Positions 35,692 through 45,321 of a DNA stretch of 64,000 nucleotides are shown piece after piece. Positions within the stretch are counted from its first letter, which is position 1. Each line of letters begins with the position of its first letter. The translations under genes and the position numbers were made by a program. The stretch comes from Candidatus Pyrohabitans sp. JdFR-17. GTDB taxonomy: Archaea; Hydrothermarchaeota; Hydrothermarchaeia; Hydrothermarchaeales; BMS3B. The stretch is taken from contig MTME02000038.1 in assembly GCA_002011115.2 (NCBI GenBank), positions 10,475 to 74,474 on the forward strand. The letters run 5' to 3'. Under the pieces are notes generated by a model. It saw nothing but the letters and a program-made list of their open reading frames with translations, had not been told where the DNA came from and did not search any database.

Positions 35692-36483
35692 TTAGGAGCC
35701 CTCTTTCTCTATCTTAGCACCGTCAATCAGAACCTTGAAAAAGTAGCCGGAGCCTATATCAACGTTGGTCTTAAGCACGCCACTCACAATCACAACGTCG
35801 CCCACTTTAAACTCCTCGCTTCCAGTATAGGTTACTGTGAGCTCGTTCTCGCCTGTGGCATTCGCTACTGTACCGTCCTGCAGGTGTATCCAGGTCTTGT
35901 CAAGAATGTTGGGAAGTACCTTCGTTACTACTGCTCTGAATTTAACTTCCTTGCCAGCTAGTTCCTCGCTTCTCGAGAGAATCTCAGCTATTGTATAGCC
36001 ATCCTCCAGTTTCTCAACTGAGATGTTCACTGGTGGCGCTGCGCTGGTTGTGCCATGGAAGGAGTAGGGCTCACCCGAGGCGAAGCTCTGCACCATGAGG
36101 ATGACATCCAGGGTCTTATTCAGCGACGGGGACTCAAAACCAAGAAGCACAAGGGCACCGTAAATCTCCACTTCTTCACCCGTTTTGAGGTCAGTTCTTG
36201 GTCCGGCGACCCATACCTCGCCTGTGTCGTCTTTTATTCTGGCGTATGTGTAGCTTTGTGTAGATACCGTCTCCTCAACTGTACCCCTGGTAGAAACATA
36301 CTGGTTGTCCAGCTTTTGGGCATTTGCAAGGATTTCCCCAATCTTTAGCTCAAATACCTCAGGCTCAGCCCCAAAGTCCTGAACCTCTCCCGCAGGGGTG
36401 CTCACATACTCCCTCTTCTCAGAGGTACAACCTGAAAGGAGCAACAGCACCGCAAGACCTATTAAAATTATTCTGCTGTCCAT
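35692..36483 (-). CDS. lipoprotein with duplicated OB-fold-like domain
   Basis: Lipobox LLLSGC. Two similar halves (YVSTRGTVEE...VWVAG and EVKFRAVVTK...TWIHLQDG). Confidence 0.6.
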   Translation of the reverse strand: MDSRIILIGLAVLLLLSGCTSEKREYVSTPAGEVQDFGAEPEVFELKIGEILANAQKLDNQYVSTRGTVEETVSTQSYTYARIKDDTGEVWVAGPRTDLKTGEEVEIYGALVLLGFESPSLNKTLDVILMVQSFASGEPYSFHGTTSAAPPVNISVEKLEDGYTIAEILSRSEELAGKEVKFRAVVTKVLPNILDKTWIHLQDGTVANATGENELTVTYTGSEEFKVGDVVIVSGVLKTNVDIGSGYFFKVLIDGAKIEKEGS

Positions 36484-36558
36484 ACAAATCCTCTTTAATA
36501 TTTTTCAGGTGAGCAGTTAATAACGAGGAAAAAATTACTTGACAGCGCGCATATAAAT

Positions 36559-38103
36559 ATGGAGAAGGCGGATAACATGCCCACACCTTACGCCAGGCTC
36601 GCCGAGATTGCAGAGAAGCTTTCACAGCACCGCTCAAGGCTGGAGAAGCTCCGCATCCTCAGCGCCTTTCTCGCTATGCTGGAAAGCGAAGAGGTTGCGC
36701 CAGCAGTGAGGCTGCTGCTTGGGGGGAGGATTGCAGAGGCTCCGCTTGTTGTGGGGTGGGCTACACTTAAAAACCTGGCTTCAAAACCTCAGGCAACTCT
36801 CACAGAGGAGCCCCTCACCCTGCTCCAGGTCTGGGAGACACTGCAGAAGGTAGCAGCGCTCCGCGGCAGTGGCTCCCGGAGGAAGAAGGAGTCCCTGCTC
36901 CTAGGGCTATTCTCCAGGGCGGGCGAGAGGGAGGTAAAGTACATTGCAAGGAGCATTCTTGGCGAGATGCGCACCGGGGTGAGCGAAGGTTTAATGGTTG
37001 AGGCCATTGCGAAGGCTTTCAATGTTAATTCTGAGAAGGTTAAGCTGGCGCATGCACTGCTGGGAGACCTCAGCGAAGTGGCGCGTCTGCTCGCTACGCA
37101 GGGAAGGCTGCCTGAGCTAAAAATCAGTCTGTTCACTCCCATTAAGCCCATGCTGGCACAGCCGGCAGAGAGCCTTGAAGAGGCGGTCCGTGGCGAAGTG
37201 GCGCTAGAGTACAAGTACGACGGCGCGAGGGTGCAGATACACCGCCGTGGGGATCAGGTGAAGGTGTTTTCGCGACGCCTGAGAGAGCTCCATATAGAGG
37301 AGGTGACACTTGCGGCGGCGCAGCTCAAAGCAGAGCAGTTCGTCGCTGAAGGCGAGGTAATTGCGCTCGACAGGAGAGGCAGACCTCTGCCATTCCAGGA
37401 CATAATGCGCACTCTGGCAAGTGAAGGTGCAAGGCTCAGACTTTACCTCTTCGACCTCCTCCACCTCAACGGGAGAGACCTTTTGAGCGTAGCCTACGCG
37501 GAGAGGTGGGAAATGCTGCGTCGCATAGCTGGCGAAGAACTGCTCGCCACTCGTATAGTGACAAGCGACCTGTGCGAAGCCTCGAAGTTCTACCAGCAGG
37601 CGATGCGCGAGGGTCATGAGGGTGTGGTGGTGAAGAGGCTCAACGCCTGCTATGAACCCGGGAAGCGCAGCAGTTCGTGGTTAAAGGTGAAGCCCTTCGT
37701 AACCCTCGACGTAGTGGTGATTGCCGCGGAGTGGGGGCACGGCAGGCGCCGCGGCTGGCTGAGCAACCTTCATTTAGCGGTACGCGACCCCGGTGAAGAG
37801 CGCTTTGTGATGGTGGGGAAGACCTTCAAGGGATTGAGCGATGCCATGCTGGATGAGATAACCCGGGAGCTTCTCAGGCACAAGGTTGAAGAGCGAGGCA
37901 ATGTGGTGAAAGTTGCCCCAACCCTTGTAGTGGAGGTTGCCTTCGACGAGGTGCAGCGTTCCCCTCGCTATGAAAGCGGCTTCGCCCTGAGGTTTGCCCG
38001 CGTTAAGCGTATTCGCCGTGACAAGAGCGTTGAGGAAGCTGATACTCTGGACACGCTTAGAGAGATATACGAAGCCCAGCTCAAGAGAAAGGGCAAGTTA
38101 TAG
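36559..38103 (+). CDS. lig: ATP-dependent DNA ligase
   Basis: Adenylation motif EYKYDGARVQIH, then EGVVVK and WLKVK. Confidence 0.9.
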   Translation: MEKADNMPTPYARLAEIAEKLSQHRSRLEKLRILSAFLAMLESEEVAPAVRLLLGGRIAEAPLVVGWATLKNLASKPQATLTEEPLTLLQVWETLQKVAALRGSGSRRKKESLLLGLFSRAGEREVKYIARSILGEMRTGVSEGLMVEAIAKAFNVNSEKVKLAHALLGDLSEVARLLATQGRLPELKISLFTPIKPMLAQPAESLEEAVRGEVALEYKYDGARVQIHRRGDQVKVFSRRLRELHIEEVTLAAAQLKAEQFVAEGEVIALDRRGRPLPFQDIMRTLASEGARLRLYLFDLLHLNGRDLLSVAYAERWEMLRRIAGEELLATRIVTSDLCEASKFYQQAMREGHEGVVVKRLNACYEPGKRSSSWLKVKPFVTLDVVVIAAEWGHGRRRGWLSNLHLAVRDPGEERFVMVGKTFKGLSDAMLDEITRELLRHKVEERGNVVKVAPTLVVEVAFDEVQRSPRYESGFALRFARVKRIRRDKSVEEADTLDTLREIYEAQLKRKGKL

Positions 38104-38118
38104 TTGTTAGTGTTTAAA

Positions 38119-38853
38119 ATGAGGGTGATGATTCACTTTGAGCGCGTAACAAAGAAGTTTCATGATATAACGGCGCTTCAGGAGCTTACGCTGAGCGTCA
38201 GAAAAGGAGAGATTTTTGGGTTTGTAGGACCCAACGGCGCCGGCAAGACCACGGCGATACGCATCCTGTGCGGTGCCCTTAAACCCACATCAGGCAAGGT
38301 AACGGTAGCAGGTATGGACGTAACCGAGAGGAGCACAGAGGTGAAGCGCCTCATAGGCTACCTGCCGGAGGAGCCCAACCTCTATGAGCGAATGACTCCA
38401 AGGCAGCTTCTTCGTTTCTTTGCGTCGCTCTACGGCGTAGCTGACGCTGACACGAGAATAGATGAACTCCTTGCGCTTGTGGGAATGCAGGAGAAAGCGG
38501 ACGTGAGAATAGCAACATTCTCCAAGGGTATGAGGCAGCGCATCTCAATCGCCCGAGCCCTGCTGCACGACCCGGAGATACTCATTCTGGACGAACCCAC
38601 CATGGGGCTTGACCCCCTTACAGCAAGGGAGATACGCGAGTTCATCGCCTCTTTCAATGGAAAAAAGACGGTGCTGCTGTGCACCCATTACATGCCAGAG
38701 GCGGATCTGCTCTGTGACAGGGTTGGGATACTTCTCAGCGGGAAGCTCGTCGCTCTGGGTGAACCTGAGCAGCTTAAGGCAGAATTGGTAAAAGAAGGCT
38801 ACGAGTCGCCCACCCTTGAGGATGTGTTTCTGAGGTATACAAGAGGGGGCTGA
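38119..38853 (+). CDS. ABC transporter ATP-binding protein (ABC-2 type)
   Basis: GPNGAGKTT, FSKGMRQR and ILILDEPTMGLD. I preferred ATG 38119 over the TTG at 38104. Confidence 0.9.
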   Translation: MRVMIHFERVTKKFHDITALQELTLSVRKGEIFGFVGPNGAGKTTAIRILCGALKPTSGKVTVAGMDVTERSTEVKRLIGYLPEEPNLYERMTPRQLLRFFASLYGVADADTRIDELLALVGMQEKADVRIATFSKGMRQRISIARALLHDPEILILDEPTMGLDPLTAREIREFIASFNGKKTVLLCTHYMPEADLLCDRVGILLSGKLVALGEPEQLKAELVKEGYESPTLEDVFLRYTRGG

Positions 38854-38854
38854 G

Positions 38855-40552
38855 TTGAGGGCTCTGATTATAGCAAAGCGTGAGCTGTGGGAGATACTCA
38901 GCAACAAAAAGTTTATGCTCGCCTTTATTGTGCAGACGCTGCTCCTCCTCGCGCTGTTGCCTGCGTTTGGAAACCTGTTCGCCGAAGGTAACCTCGCCCT
39001 GCCCACGCCCTCGCTGCGGGGCTTCATCCCCATGGGCGTGGTGGTGGAGAGCGACGACTGCGAGGTGCTGCTTTCAGCCCTCGAGGGAAATGAACGGCTC
39101 AAGCTTTATCACTTCTCCTATCCGCCAGAGGAGGAGCTGCGGCGAGGGCTGATTGCAGGTTACCTCTTAATCCCCTCCGAGTACAGTGAGAGCTCTCTCA
39201 AAGCACTGGAGGTGCAGCTATTTCTCTCACAAAGCATCAAAAGCCCCTCCGCACTGGATGCGGTGAAAGAGAGCGTGGATGAGGCGAGCAGAAGGCTCTC
39301 CCTGGAGAGGCAGAGGCAGCTCAACTTACACCTGGGCAACGCAATCTCGCTGAAGAGGGAATTTCTCAAGCCAATGGTGGTGCAGAAGGGAGATGACAGG
39401 CGGTTTTCAAGCTTCTTCCTCGCCTACCTCGTACCCCTCGTACTCTTCTTCCCTATATTCATGTCCGGCGGGCTGGTTATAGATATGATAGTTGGAGAAA
39501 AGGACCGCAAAACAATAGAGTCGCTCCTCACAGCACCCATTTCCAGGCATGAGATAATCACCGGTAAATTCCTCGCGCTTTGGGGCTTCGTTACCGCAGA
39601 GTGTGGAGTGTGGATTGCTGGCGTCGCGGCAGTAGGTATCCCCGTTGCAAGACCTCTTGAAGCATTTTTACTGCTGGCAGCGATTAATGCTCTTGTTATT
39701 GCCATCGCTATGGCTCTGGCCCTGTACTCACGAAACCTCAAGGAGGCGAACATAGCTCTAATGCTCTTCTATGTGCCCCTGTTTGTGGCGCTAATCTACG
39801 CACTCACCATAGAGTTCTTCTCTCCCAGGGAGTTCTTTTCCTACATTCCCTTCAACCTCATTTCCCGTGCGGTAAGCGGCGAAGCCTTCGCTGACTATGC
39901 CTTTTCGCTTATCATAGCTCTTCTTAGCCTCTCTGCTCTAGGTACGCTCGGCGCTGCCGCTGCGCTGAGCTACAGAGATGACATAATCTTCGGACCCAGG
40001 CCCAGTGTGGCCAAGCTGCTGGAAGATGCAGTTGAGGCGGTGCTATCCTTAAAACACCCCCACCTTGCCAGCGTGGCGTTGGCACTTCTCCTATCTCCGG
40101 TTGTGTTTCTTGCAGCCACCGCCATAGAGGTTACACTCGCTGTTGGCGCTGCATGGCTGCTGGGATATTCCACCTCGTCCCTTTACCTTATAATCCTCTT
40201 TTCAGCTGCTGTGGAAGAGGCTCTGAAGCTTTTGCCCGTATTTTTAATCCTCAGAAAGAGACGGAGGTGGGTTAACACCAGAAGCGTTGCGCTTGTTGCA
40301 GCCACCGCTGGGGCAGGATTCTTCCTAGTGGAGACCGCCCTAGCAGGCGCGATAGCGAGCCTGCTCTTCAGAATACCCCTGACAGCACTGCTCTACTCCA
40401 GAGTTTCAACAACATTGGTGATGCACCTCGTGGCGAGCGCCATCGCGGGAATAGCAATTTACCGACGTGGCAGACTTGGCTTAGCATTGCTTGCCCTCGC
40501 TGTGGCTGTGCACACGCTCTTTAACCTCCTCTTAGTGGAGGTGGCACTGTGA
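38855..40552 (+). CDS. ABC-2 (NatB-like) permease fused to a PrsW-like intramembrane protease-like C-terminal domain
   Basis: The N-terminal half parallels the next ORF (GEKDRKTIESLLTAPISRHEII vs GEKERKTYELLVVAPLSYREII). The C-terminal about 170 aa carry AAVEEALKLLP, GAGFFLVETAL and MHLVASAIAG, resembling PrsW motifs. Confidence 0.75.
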   Translation: MRALIIAKRELWEILSNKKFMLAFIVQTLLLLALLPAFGNLFAEGNLALPTPSLRGFIPMGVVVESDDCEVLLSALEGNERLKLYHFSYPPEEELRRGLIAGYLLIPSEYSESSLKALEVQLFLSQSIKSPSALDAVKESVDEASRRLSLERQRQLNLHLGNAISLKREFLKPMVVQKGDDRRFSSFFLAYLVPLVLFFPIFMSGGLVIDMIVGEKDRKTIESLLTAPISRHEIITGKFLALWGFVTAECGVWIAGVAAVGIPVARPLEAFLLLAAINALVIAIAMALALYSRNLKEANIALMLFYVPLFVALIYALTIEFFSPREFFSYIPFNLISRAVSGEAFADYAFSLIIALLSLSALGTLGAAAALSYRDDIIFGPRPSVAKLLEDAVEAVLSLKHPHLASVALALLLSPVVFLAATAIEVTLAVGAAWLLGYSTSSLYLIILFSAAVEEALKLLPVFLILRKRRRWVNTRSVALVAATAGAGFFLVETALAGAIASLLFRIPLTALLYSRVSTTLVMHLVASAIAGIAIYRRGRLGLALLALAVAVHTLFNLLLVEVAL

Positions 40553-41664
40553 AGCTTTTAACCCTGGCAAAAAAGGAGCTTGAGGATATCCTGAGCGAGA
40601 GGCTTTATCTCCTAGCCTTCGTGGTGCAGCTTTTTATCGTGGTGAGCATAACCTTCGTGGCTCTGCTGTACTCCTCCCTAGCAAACCCGGAGGTGATACA
40701 GGGGTATATTCCGCCCCAGCAGGTGCGCCTCGGTGTTGTGGGCGACGCCTCGCTGCTTGAGATTGAGAACCTCATGGTGGTGAGGCTCAGCGAGGATACT
40801 GAGCCGTGGCGGGCGATAAAGGATAATCGCTTAGTGGCGGTGCTTGTGGCACCTGCGAATATGAGCGAGGCTCTCGCAAGAGGCGAGGCTAAACTGACGC
40901 TTTACATCGACAACACCAATGTGCTCTCAGGCTATGCCGACGCTATGGTGACAAAGGCGATTATAAAGCTTGAAGAAAAGGTGAAGCGAGAAGTTGCCGC
41001 GAAGCTCGTGGGCTCCCCTGAGGCACTGCTTGACCCTATAAAGCTGGAGGTCAATGGTAAAGGCGATGCCATGCACGCGGAGTTTGTTGAGCTGATGTAC
41101 GGCTTACTATTGCCCTTCATCCTTCTGCTCCCCACCTTCCTCGCAGCCAACATGACCACTGACGCAATCGTCGGTGAGAAAGAGCGAAAAACCTATGAGC
41201 TTCTGGTGGTGGCACCACTCAGCTACAGGGAGATAATCCTAGGGAAAGCTCTCCCTATAGCAGGAATCGCCCTTGCTCAGGCAATACTCTGGGCGCTTCT
41301 GGTTATGCTCAGAGGGATTCCGGTGCATAACCTCTGGTTGCTCCTTATTCTGCTTGCGCTTCTTGATATTCTCTTCATCGCCCTGGGCGTGGCTCTGTCT
41401 GCGCTCTCGGACAGCATAAAAGATGCCAACGTTGGGGTTACTGTGGTTCTTATATTATCTTCTCTCGCCTTTTTTGTTCCGGTGTCTTTTAAAAATGCGC
41501 TGTATGAAATCTCACCAGTAACCCTAATCGCAAAACTCGCCTCTAACCCGGCTGTGCATATAGAAGAAGTGCTACCTGGTTTTGCGCTCCTCGCCCTTGC
41601 TGCAATTGTAACGCTGATATTTGGGGAGAAGCTGCTGGAGTATAAGGAGAATTTGAGGGTGTAA
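40549..41664 (+). CDS. ABC-2 (NatB-like) permease
   Basis: The GTG start overlaps the previous stop. One N-terminal TM segment, a large loop, and C-terminal TM segments with GEKERKTYELL. Confidence 0.8.
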   Translation: MKLLTLAKKELEDILSERLYLLAFVVQLFIVVSITFVALLYSSLANPEVIQGYIPPQQVRLGVVGDASLLEIENLMVVRLSEDTEPWRAIKDNRLVAVLVAPANMSEALARGEAKLTLYIDNTNVLSGYADAMVTKAIIKLEEKVKREVAAKLVGSPEALLDPIKLEVNGKGDAMHAEFVELMYGLLLPFILLLPTFLAANMTTDAIVGEKERKTYELLVVAPLSYREIILGKALPIAGIALAQAILWALLVMLRGIPVHNLWLLLILLALLDILFIALGVALSALSDSIKDANVGVTVVLILSSLAFFVPVSFKNALYEISPVTLIAKLASNPAVHIEEVLPGFALLALAAIVTLIFGEKLLEYKENLRV

Positions 41665-41810
41665 ATTTTGTCATACGAAGGTGACAACCATCCCTGTGAG
41701 GATCCCAAAGGATATGCTGGAAAATTTAAGCTGGAGCTGCTAAAGCTGTAGAAAAAACATCTCTTTAATAAATTAAAATAAAACCAAAAAATAAGAAAAG
41801 GAAAAAAGCT

Positions 41811-42350
41811 TCACTGCATTATAGCAGGAAGCTCGTGGCACTTCGTACAGGTCGTCTGGATATCGTGGCACTCACTGCAGAAGTTCTTGTGCCCATCGAA
41901 CTTCTCAAACGCCACCCTGTGCAAGCCGCTGCGCATGTCAGCCAGGGTAGGAGCGTCGTGGCACATGTCGCACTTGCCCTCGCCGTGAAGCGCCGCCTCC
42001 TTTGTTTCACCTGCCCCTTCCTTTGATTCAGCCGCTTTCTCCTCAGCCTTCTTCTCCTCCTGCGCAGGTGCTTCAGCGGCAGGAGCGCCGCCCTCAATCA
42101 GCCTAACCCCCACGTAGGCATGGCACTTATTGCAGAACTTATCTGGCTGATGGCAGTTCTTGCATGTATCCTCGCTCACCTTGCCGCTGGCGACCTCGTT
42201 TCCATGGTTCGCCTTCCAGTATACCATGTCCACCTTTGGTGAGGGATGTTCCTTGAGCGACGAATCCTTAACAGGCTTCTCCGGTGGTGCTACACAACCG
42301 CTGAGCAGAAGGATGCCCAGCATCGCAATGAATATCAACACCTTTTTCAT
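41811..42350 (-). CDS. lipoprotein pentahaem c-type cytochrome
   Basis: Lipobox LLLSGC. Five CxxCH motifs (CKNCH, CNKCH, CDMCH, CSECH, CTKCH). Confidence 0.85.
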   Translation of the reverse strand: MKKVLIFIAMLGILLLSGCVAPPEKPVKDSSLKEHPSPKVDMVYWKANHGNEVASGKVSEDTCKNCHQPDKFCNKCHAYVGVRLIEGGAPAAEAPAQEEKKAEEKAAESKEGAGETKEAALHGEGKCDMCHDAPTLADMRSGLHRVAFEKFDGHKNFCSECHDIQTTCTKCHELPAIMQ

Positions 42351-42352
42351 AT

Positions 42353-42715
42353 TTACCTCCTCCTGTTTGCCATCATATTTTTCAGCCTTCTCTCGTAAAG
42401 CCTAATAGCGCGAAGGATCCTGTTCTCGTACACCCACTTCGGCTGCGGTCCGGGTACGCCGTTCACAGGTATGCCCTTGTAGTAAATTATAAGGGTGGGC
42501 GGTGCTATTATCCTGTTAGCAATACGCACCGCCTCATTGGCGTCGATGTCTATCTTCACGAACTTGAGCTTGCCTGCGAAGCGCTGCTCATACTGCTCGA
42601 GCAGACATTCTATGTCCCTGCACGCTGGCGACCACTCCGCATAGAAGTGCACCGCAACGGGCGTACTTGAACAGGTAACCTCTGTGAACCAGGTTGCTTC
42701 GCTAATCTCCTTCAT
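42353..42715 (-). CDS. thioredoxin-fold protein with SxxC instead of CxxC
   Basis: PVAVHFYAEWSPACRDIE...KFVKIDIDAN...PPTLIIYYKG follows the thioredoxin pattern, with WSPAC in place of WCGPC. Confidence 0.7.
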   Translation of the reverse strand: MKEISEATWFTEVTCSSTPVAVHFYAEWSPACRDIECLLEQYEQRFAGKLKFVKIDIDANEAVRIANRIIAPPTLIIYYKGIPVNGVPGPQPKWVYENRILRAIRLYERRLKNMMANRRR

Positions 42716-44481
42716 TTTTTCGGCTCGCAGGCGAGATCACACTGGTCCTTGGAAATCTTATGCTCCTTCTCCGCATGCTCGCAGCACTCGTCCATAGTGG
42801 CAAACTCCGCATCACAGAGACCACATACGCTGGGAGCGGCTTCCGCTGAAGCAGCACCCTCCTTAGGCTCGCAGGCGAGATCACACTGGTCCTTGGAAAT
42901 CTTATGCTCCTTCTCCGCATGCTCGCAGCACTCATCCATAGTGGCGAACTCCGCATCACAGAGACCACATACGCTGGGAACGGCAGCAGCAGCCGCCTTT
43001 GCAGCCTCCTCCTCTGCCTTCTTCTTCGCCTCGAACTCCTCCTGGCCTTCGAGGATGAGCGCTTTGCCCACTAAGTCGTGAATTCCGCCGACCTGCACAG
43101 GTATTTCGTAGTGCTCCATCACAAGGGGTAGCTGAGCCTTGTCGATAGCACAAGGCGCTGCAAGGTAGTTGACATTGTGAGACTCAACAACCTCCTTCAC
43201 CGCCGTTGCTCGCGGCAGCCCGCCCTTCATTCTCAGCTCCATTATCTCTTCTGTGAGCAGGCCGCCACCTCCGCCGCAGCAGAAGGTCTTTTCCTTAATC
43301 ACACTGCGGTCCATGTCCACGAAGTTGTTGCACACAGATTTTATTATGAATCTGCCCTCCTCCACAAGGTCCCCTGCTCTCGCCATGTTGCATGGGTCAT
43401 GCATTGTGACGATAACGTCGTCGTTGCGCGATTTATCTAACTTGAGCTTGCCCTTGCGTATCAGCTCAGCGGTGTACTCCAGGATATTCATAAACTTGAA
43501 GGGCAGAGGACCGTTCATTGCCTCCATGTACTGCCTCGCAGCGCGCCATGCGTGGCCACACTCACCGAAGATCACCAGCTTAGCGCCTATCTTCTTCGCA
43601 ACCTCAACAACGCGCAGGTTTATCGTCTTGATATCGTCATAGCTGAAGAACAAACCGAAATTGGCTGCCTCGCTGGCATAGGTGCTCATGGTCCAGTCGG
43701 CACCGACGGCGTGGAATACCTTTGCCACACCTATCATTGTGTCTGTATTTGTAAACAGGTCTGCGCTTGGGGGAAGGTACAGGATTTCCGCCTTTTCCTT
43801 ATCCACCGGTATCTTAACGTCTACGCCCGTGCTCTCCTTAATCTCCTCCTCAAGGAACTGGCAGTTGTACTTAAACGCCGCCTCTGGTATGCCCAGGTTG
43901 TTGCCGTGCTTGTAAACCTGCGAGATAACTTGGGTGATGTATTTCGTGGCTAGGCCAACACTGTTCAGCACCTCTCTGCCCGCCATTGTAATTTCCGCCT
44001 GGTCTATACCGTAAGGGCAGAAAACTGAACAGCGCCTGCACTCTGAGCACTGATAGAAGAATTTATACCACTCGTTCTTCAGAATCTCAGGGGTAAGCTT
44101 TTGCGCTCCCACCAGCGAGCCAAACAGCTTGCCGCTTATGGTGAAGTGCGCCCTGTAAACCTTGCGCAGCAGCTCTGCCCTACCCACAGGTGTATTTTTC
44201 GGGTCGCCAGTACCCAGGAAGTAGTGGCACTGCTTCACGCAGGCACCGCAGCGCACGCATATATCAAGGTAAAGCTGCAGACTCTTCCTCTCCTTGCGGA
44301 GCTGGTCAAGGCGCTTTAGCGCTACTTCCACCATCTGGTCATCTGGCAGGGGCTCGGTGGGCATCTTGTTGGCCATCTTCTCAGCGAATTCTGGCTTAGT
44401 AAGGTTGCAAACATAATTCTCACCCGCCCCGGGCTTGAGCTCCACATCGAATATCTTTTCAAGCTGCTCTCCCATTCTCAC
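42712..44481 (-). CDS. DsrK/HdrD-like iron-sulfur CCG-domain oxidoreductase with a duplicated Cys/His-rich C-terminal tail
   Basis: CVRCGACVKQC and CSECRRCSVFCP ferredoxin-type motifs. CCGGGGG CCG domain. The tail carries two copies of VCGLCDAEFATMDECCEHAEKEH. Confidence 0.9.
   Translation of the reverse strand: MRMGEQLEKIFDVELKPGAGENYVCNLTKPEFAEKMANKMPTEPLPDDQMVEVALKRLDQLRKERKSLQLYLDICVRCGACVKQCHYFLGTGDPKNTPVGRAELLRKVYRAHFTISGKLFGSLVGAQKLTPEILKNEWYKFFYQCSECRRCSVFCPYGIDQAEITMAGREVLNSVGLATKYITQVISQVYKHGNNLGIPEAAFKYNCQFLEEEIKESTGVDVKIPVDKEKAEILYLPPSADLFTNTDTMIGVAKVFHAVGADWTMSTYASEAANFGLFFSYDDIKTINLRVVEVAKKIGAKLVIFGECGHAWRAARQYMEAMNGPLPFKFMNILEYTAELIRKGKLKLDKSRNDDVIVTMHDPCNMARAGDLVEEGRFIIKSVCNNFVDMDRSVIKEKTFCCGGGGGLLTEEIMELRMKGGLPRATAVKEVVESHNVNYLAAPCAIDKAQLPLVMEHYEIPVQVGGIHDLVGKALILEGQEEFEAKKKAEEEAAKAAAAAVPSVCGLCDAEFATMDECCEHAEKEHKISKDQCDLACEPKEGAASAEAAPSVCGLCDAEFATMDECCEHAEKEHKISKDQCDLACEPKK
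42722..42984 (-). repeat. two 119-nt near-identical direct copies (3 mismatches), 144-nt period, inside the 3' end of the DsrK-like gene
   Basis: Nt 42722-42840 versus 42866-42984, read directly. Each copy encodes PSVCGLCDAEFATMDECCEHAEKEHKISKDQCDLACEPK. Confidence 0.9.
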
Positions 44482-45215
44482 GCCTCCTCAAGCTGCTTTG
44501 TATGCGCCTCACCACCAAAGTGGTGGGTTCGCGTGGGCGAGAAGAATATCCCGCCGAGGTGCATCACCTTGCTGAAGGGTATGTACATCGCCAGCACCTG
44601 CACCAGGAAGAAGTGCACCAGGAATGCTGTGTTCAGGGTCACGGTGTTCAAATCCACAGGTTTAAGTGCCATCAAGCTTCGCATCACGTACTTCACGTCG
44701 ATCACGAACGGGTGGGCGAAGTACTTGGCGTATAGCCCTGAGAACACCACGCTGAGTATCAGCAGAAGCACGAAGTAGTCTGCGGGCGTTGAAATCCACT
44801 TAATGTCCGCGTGTACTATCCTGCGCAGCAGCAGATAGAGCAGGGGTATGCTTATCACAAGCGCAGCAGCTATGCCTATTCCCTGAACCGCTGCCACCCA
44901 GCCGGGCACTGCCTCAGCACCCAGGAAGTAGCGCAAATGGCGCAGCAGAATGAGGCCGAAGCTTATGTGGAAGATCCACGCGCCAAGCCACAATATGCGA
45001 TTTCCCTTGAACTGCAACAGGGAGCGGAAGAAAATCACATCGCTTAGCACCCTCACTATTGCGCTGCCAACGCTTCGCTGCCCGGGAAAGACGGCGATAG
45101 GTATCGGCGATGGTCTGCTCCACCACACCGCAATGCGGTATATAACCCCCACAACAAAAACTATGAAGGTTATATACGGTAGCACATTTACAACAAAGTT
45201 TGCCAGGACTCCCAT
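44478..45215 (-). CDS. DsrM/HdrE/NarI-like membrane cytochrome b subunit
   Basis: 245 aa with about 5-6 TM segments and conserved His in the TM segments. Its stop overlaps the start of the DsrK-like gene. Confidence 0.8.
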   Translation of the reverse strand: MGVLANFVVNVLPYITFIVFVVGVIYRIAVWWSRPSPIPIAVFPGQRSVGSAIVRVLSDVIFFRSLLQFKGNRILWLGAWIFHISFGLILLRHLRYFLGAEAVPGWVAAVQGIGIAAALVISIPLLYLLLRRIVHADIKWISTPADYFVLLLILSVVFSGLYAKYFAHPFVIDVKYVMRSLMALKPVDLNTVTLNTAFLVHFFLVQVLAMYIPFSKVMHLGGIFFSPTRTHHFGGEAHTKQLEEA

Positions 45216-45321
45216 GGTACCACCTCACTCAGATTTATTTAAAATTAATATAAATACTTTACCATTTTTTTTATAGTATCATTTTCTGCTGTATCTCTAC
45301 AACAAATAAAAAACATATGAC

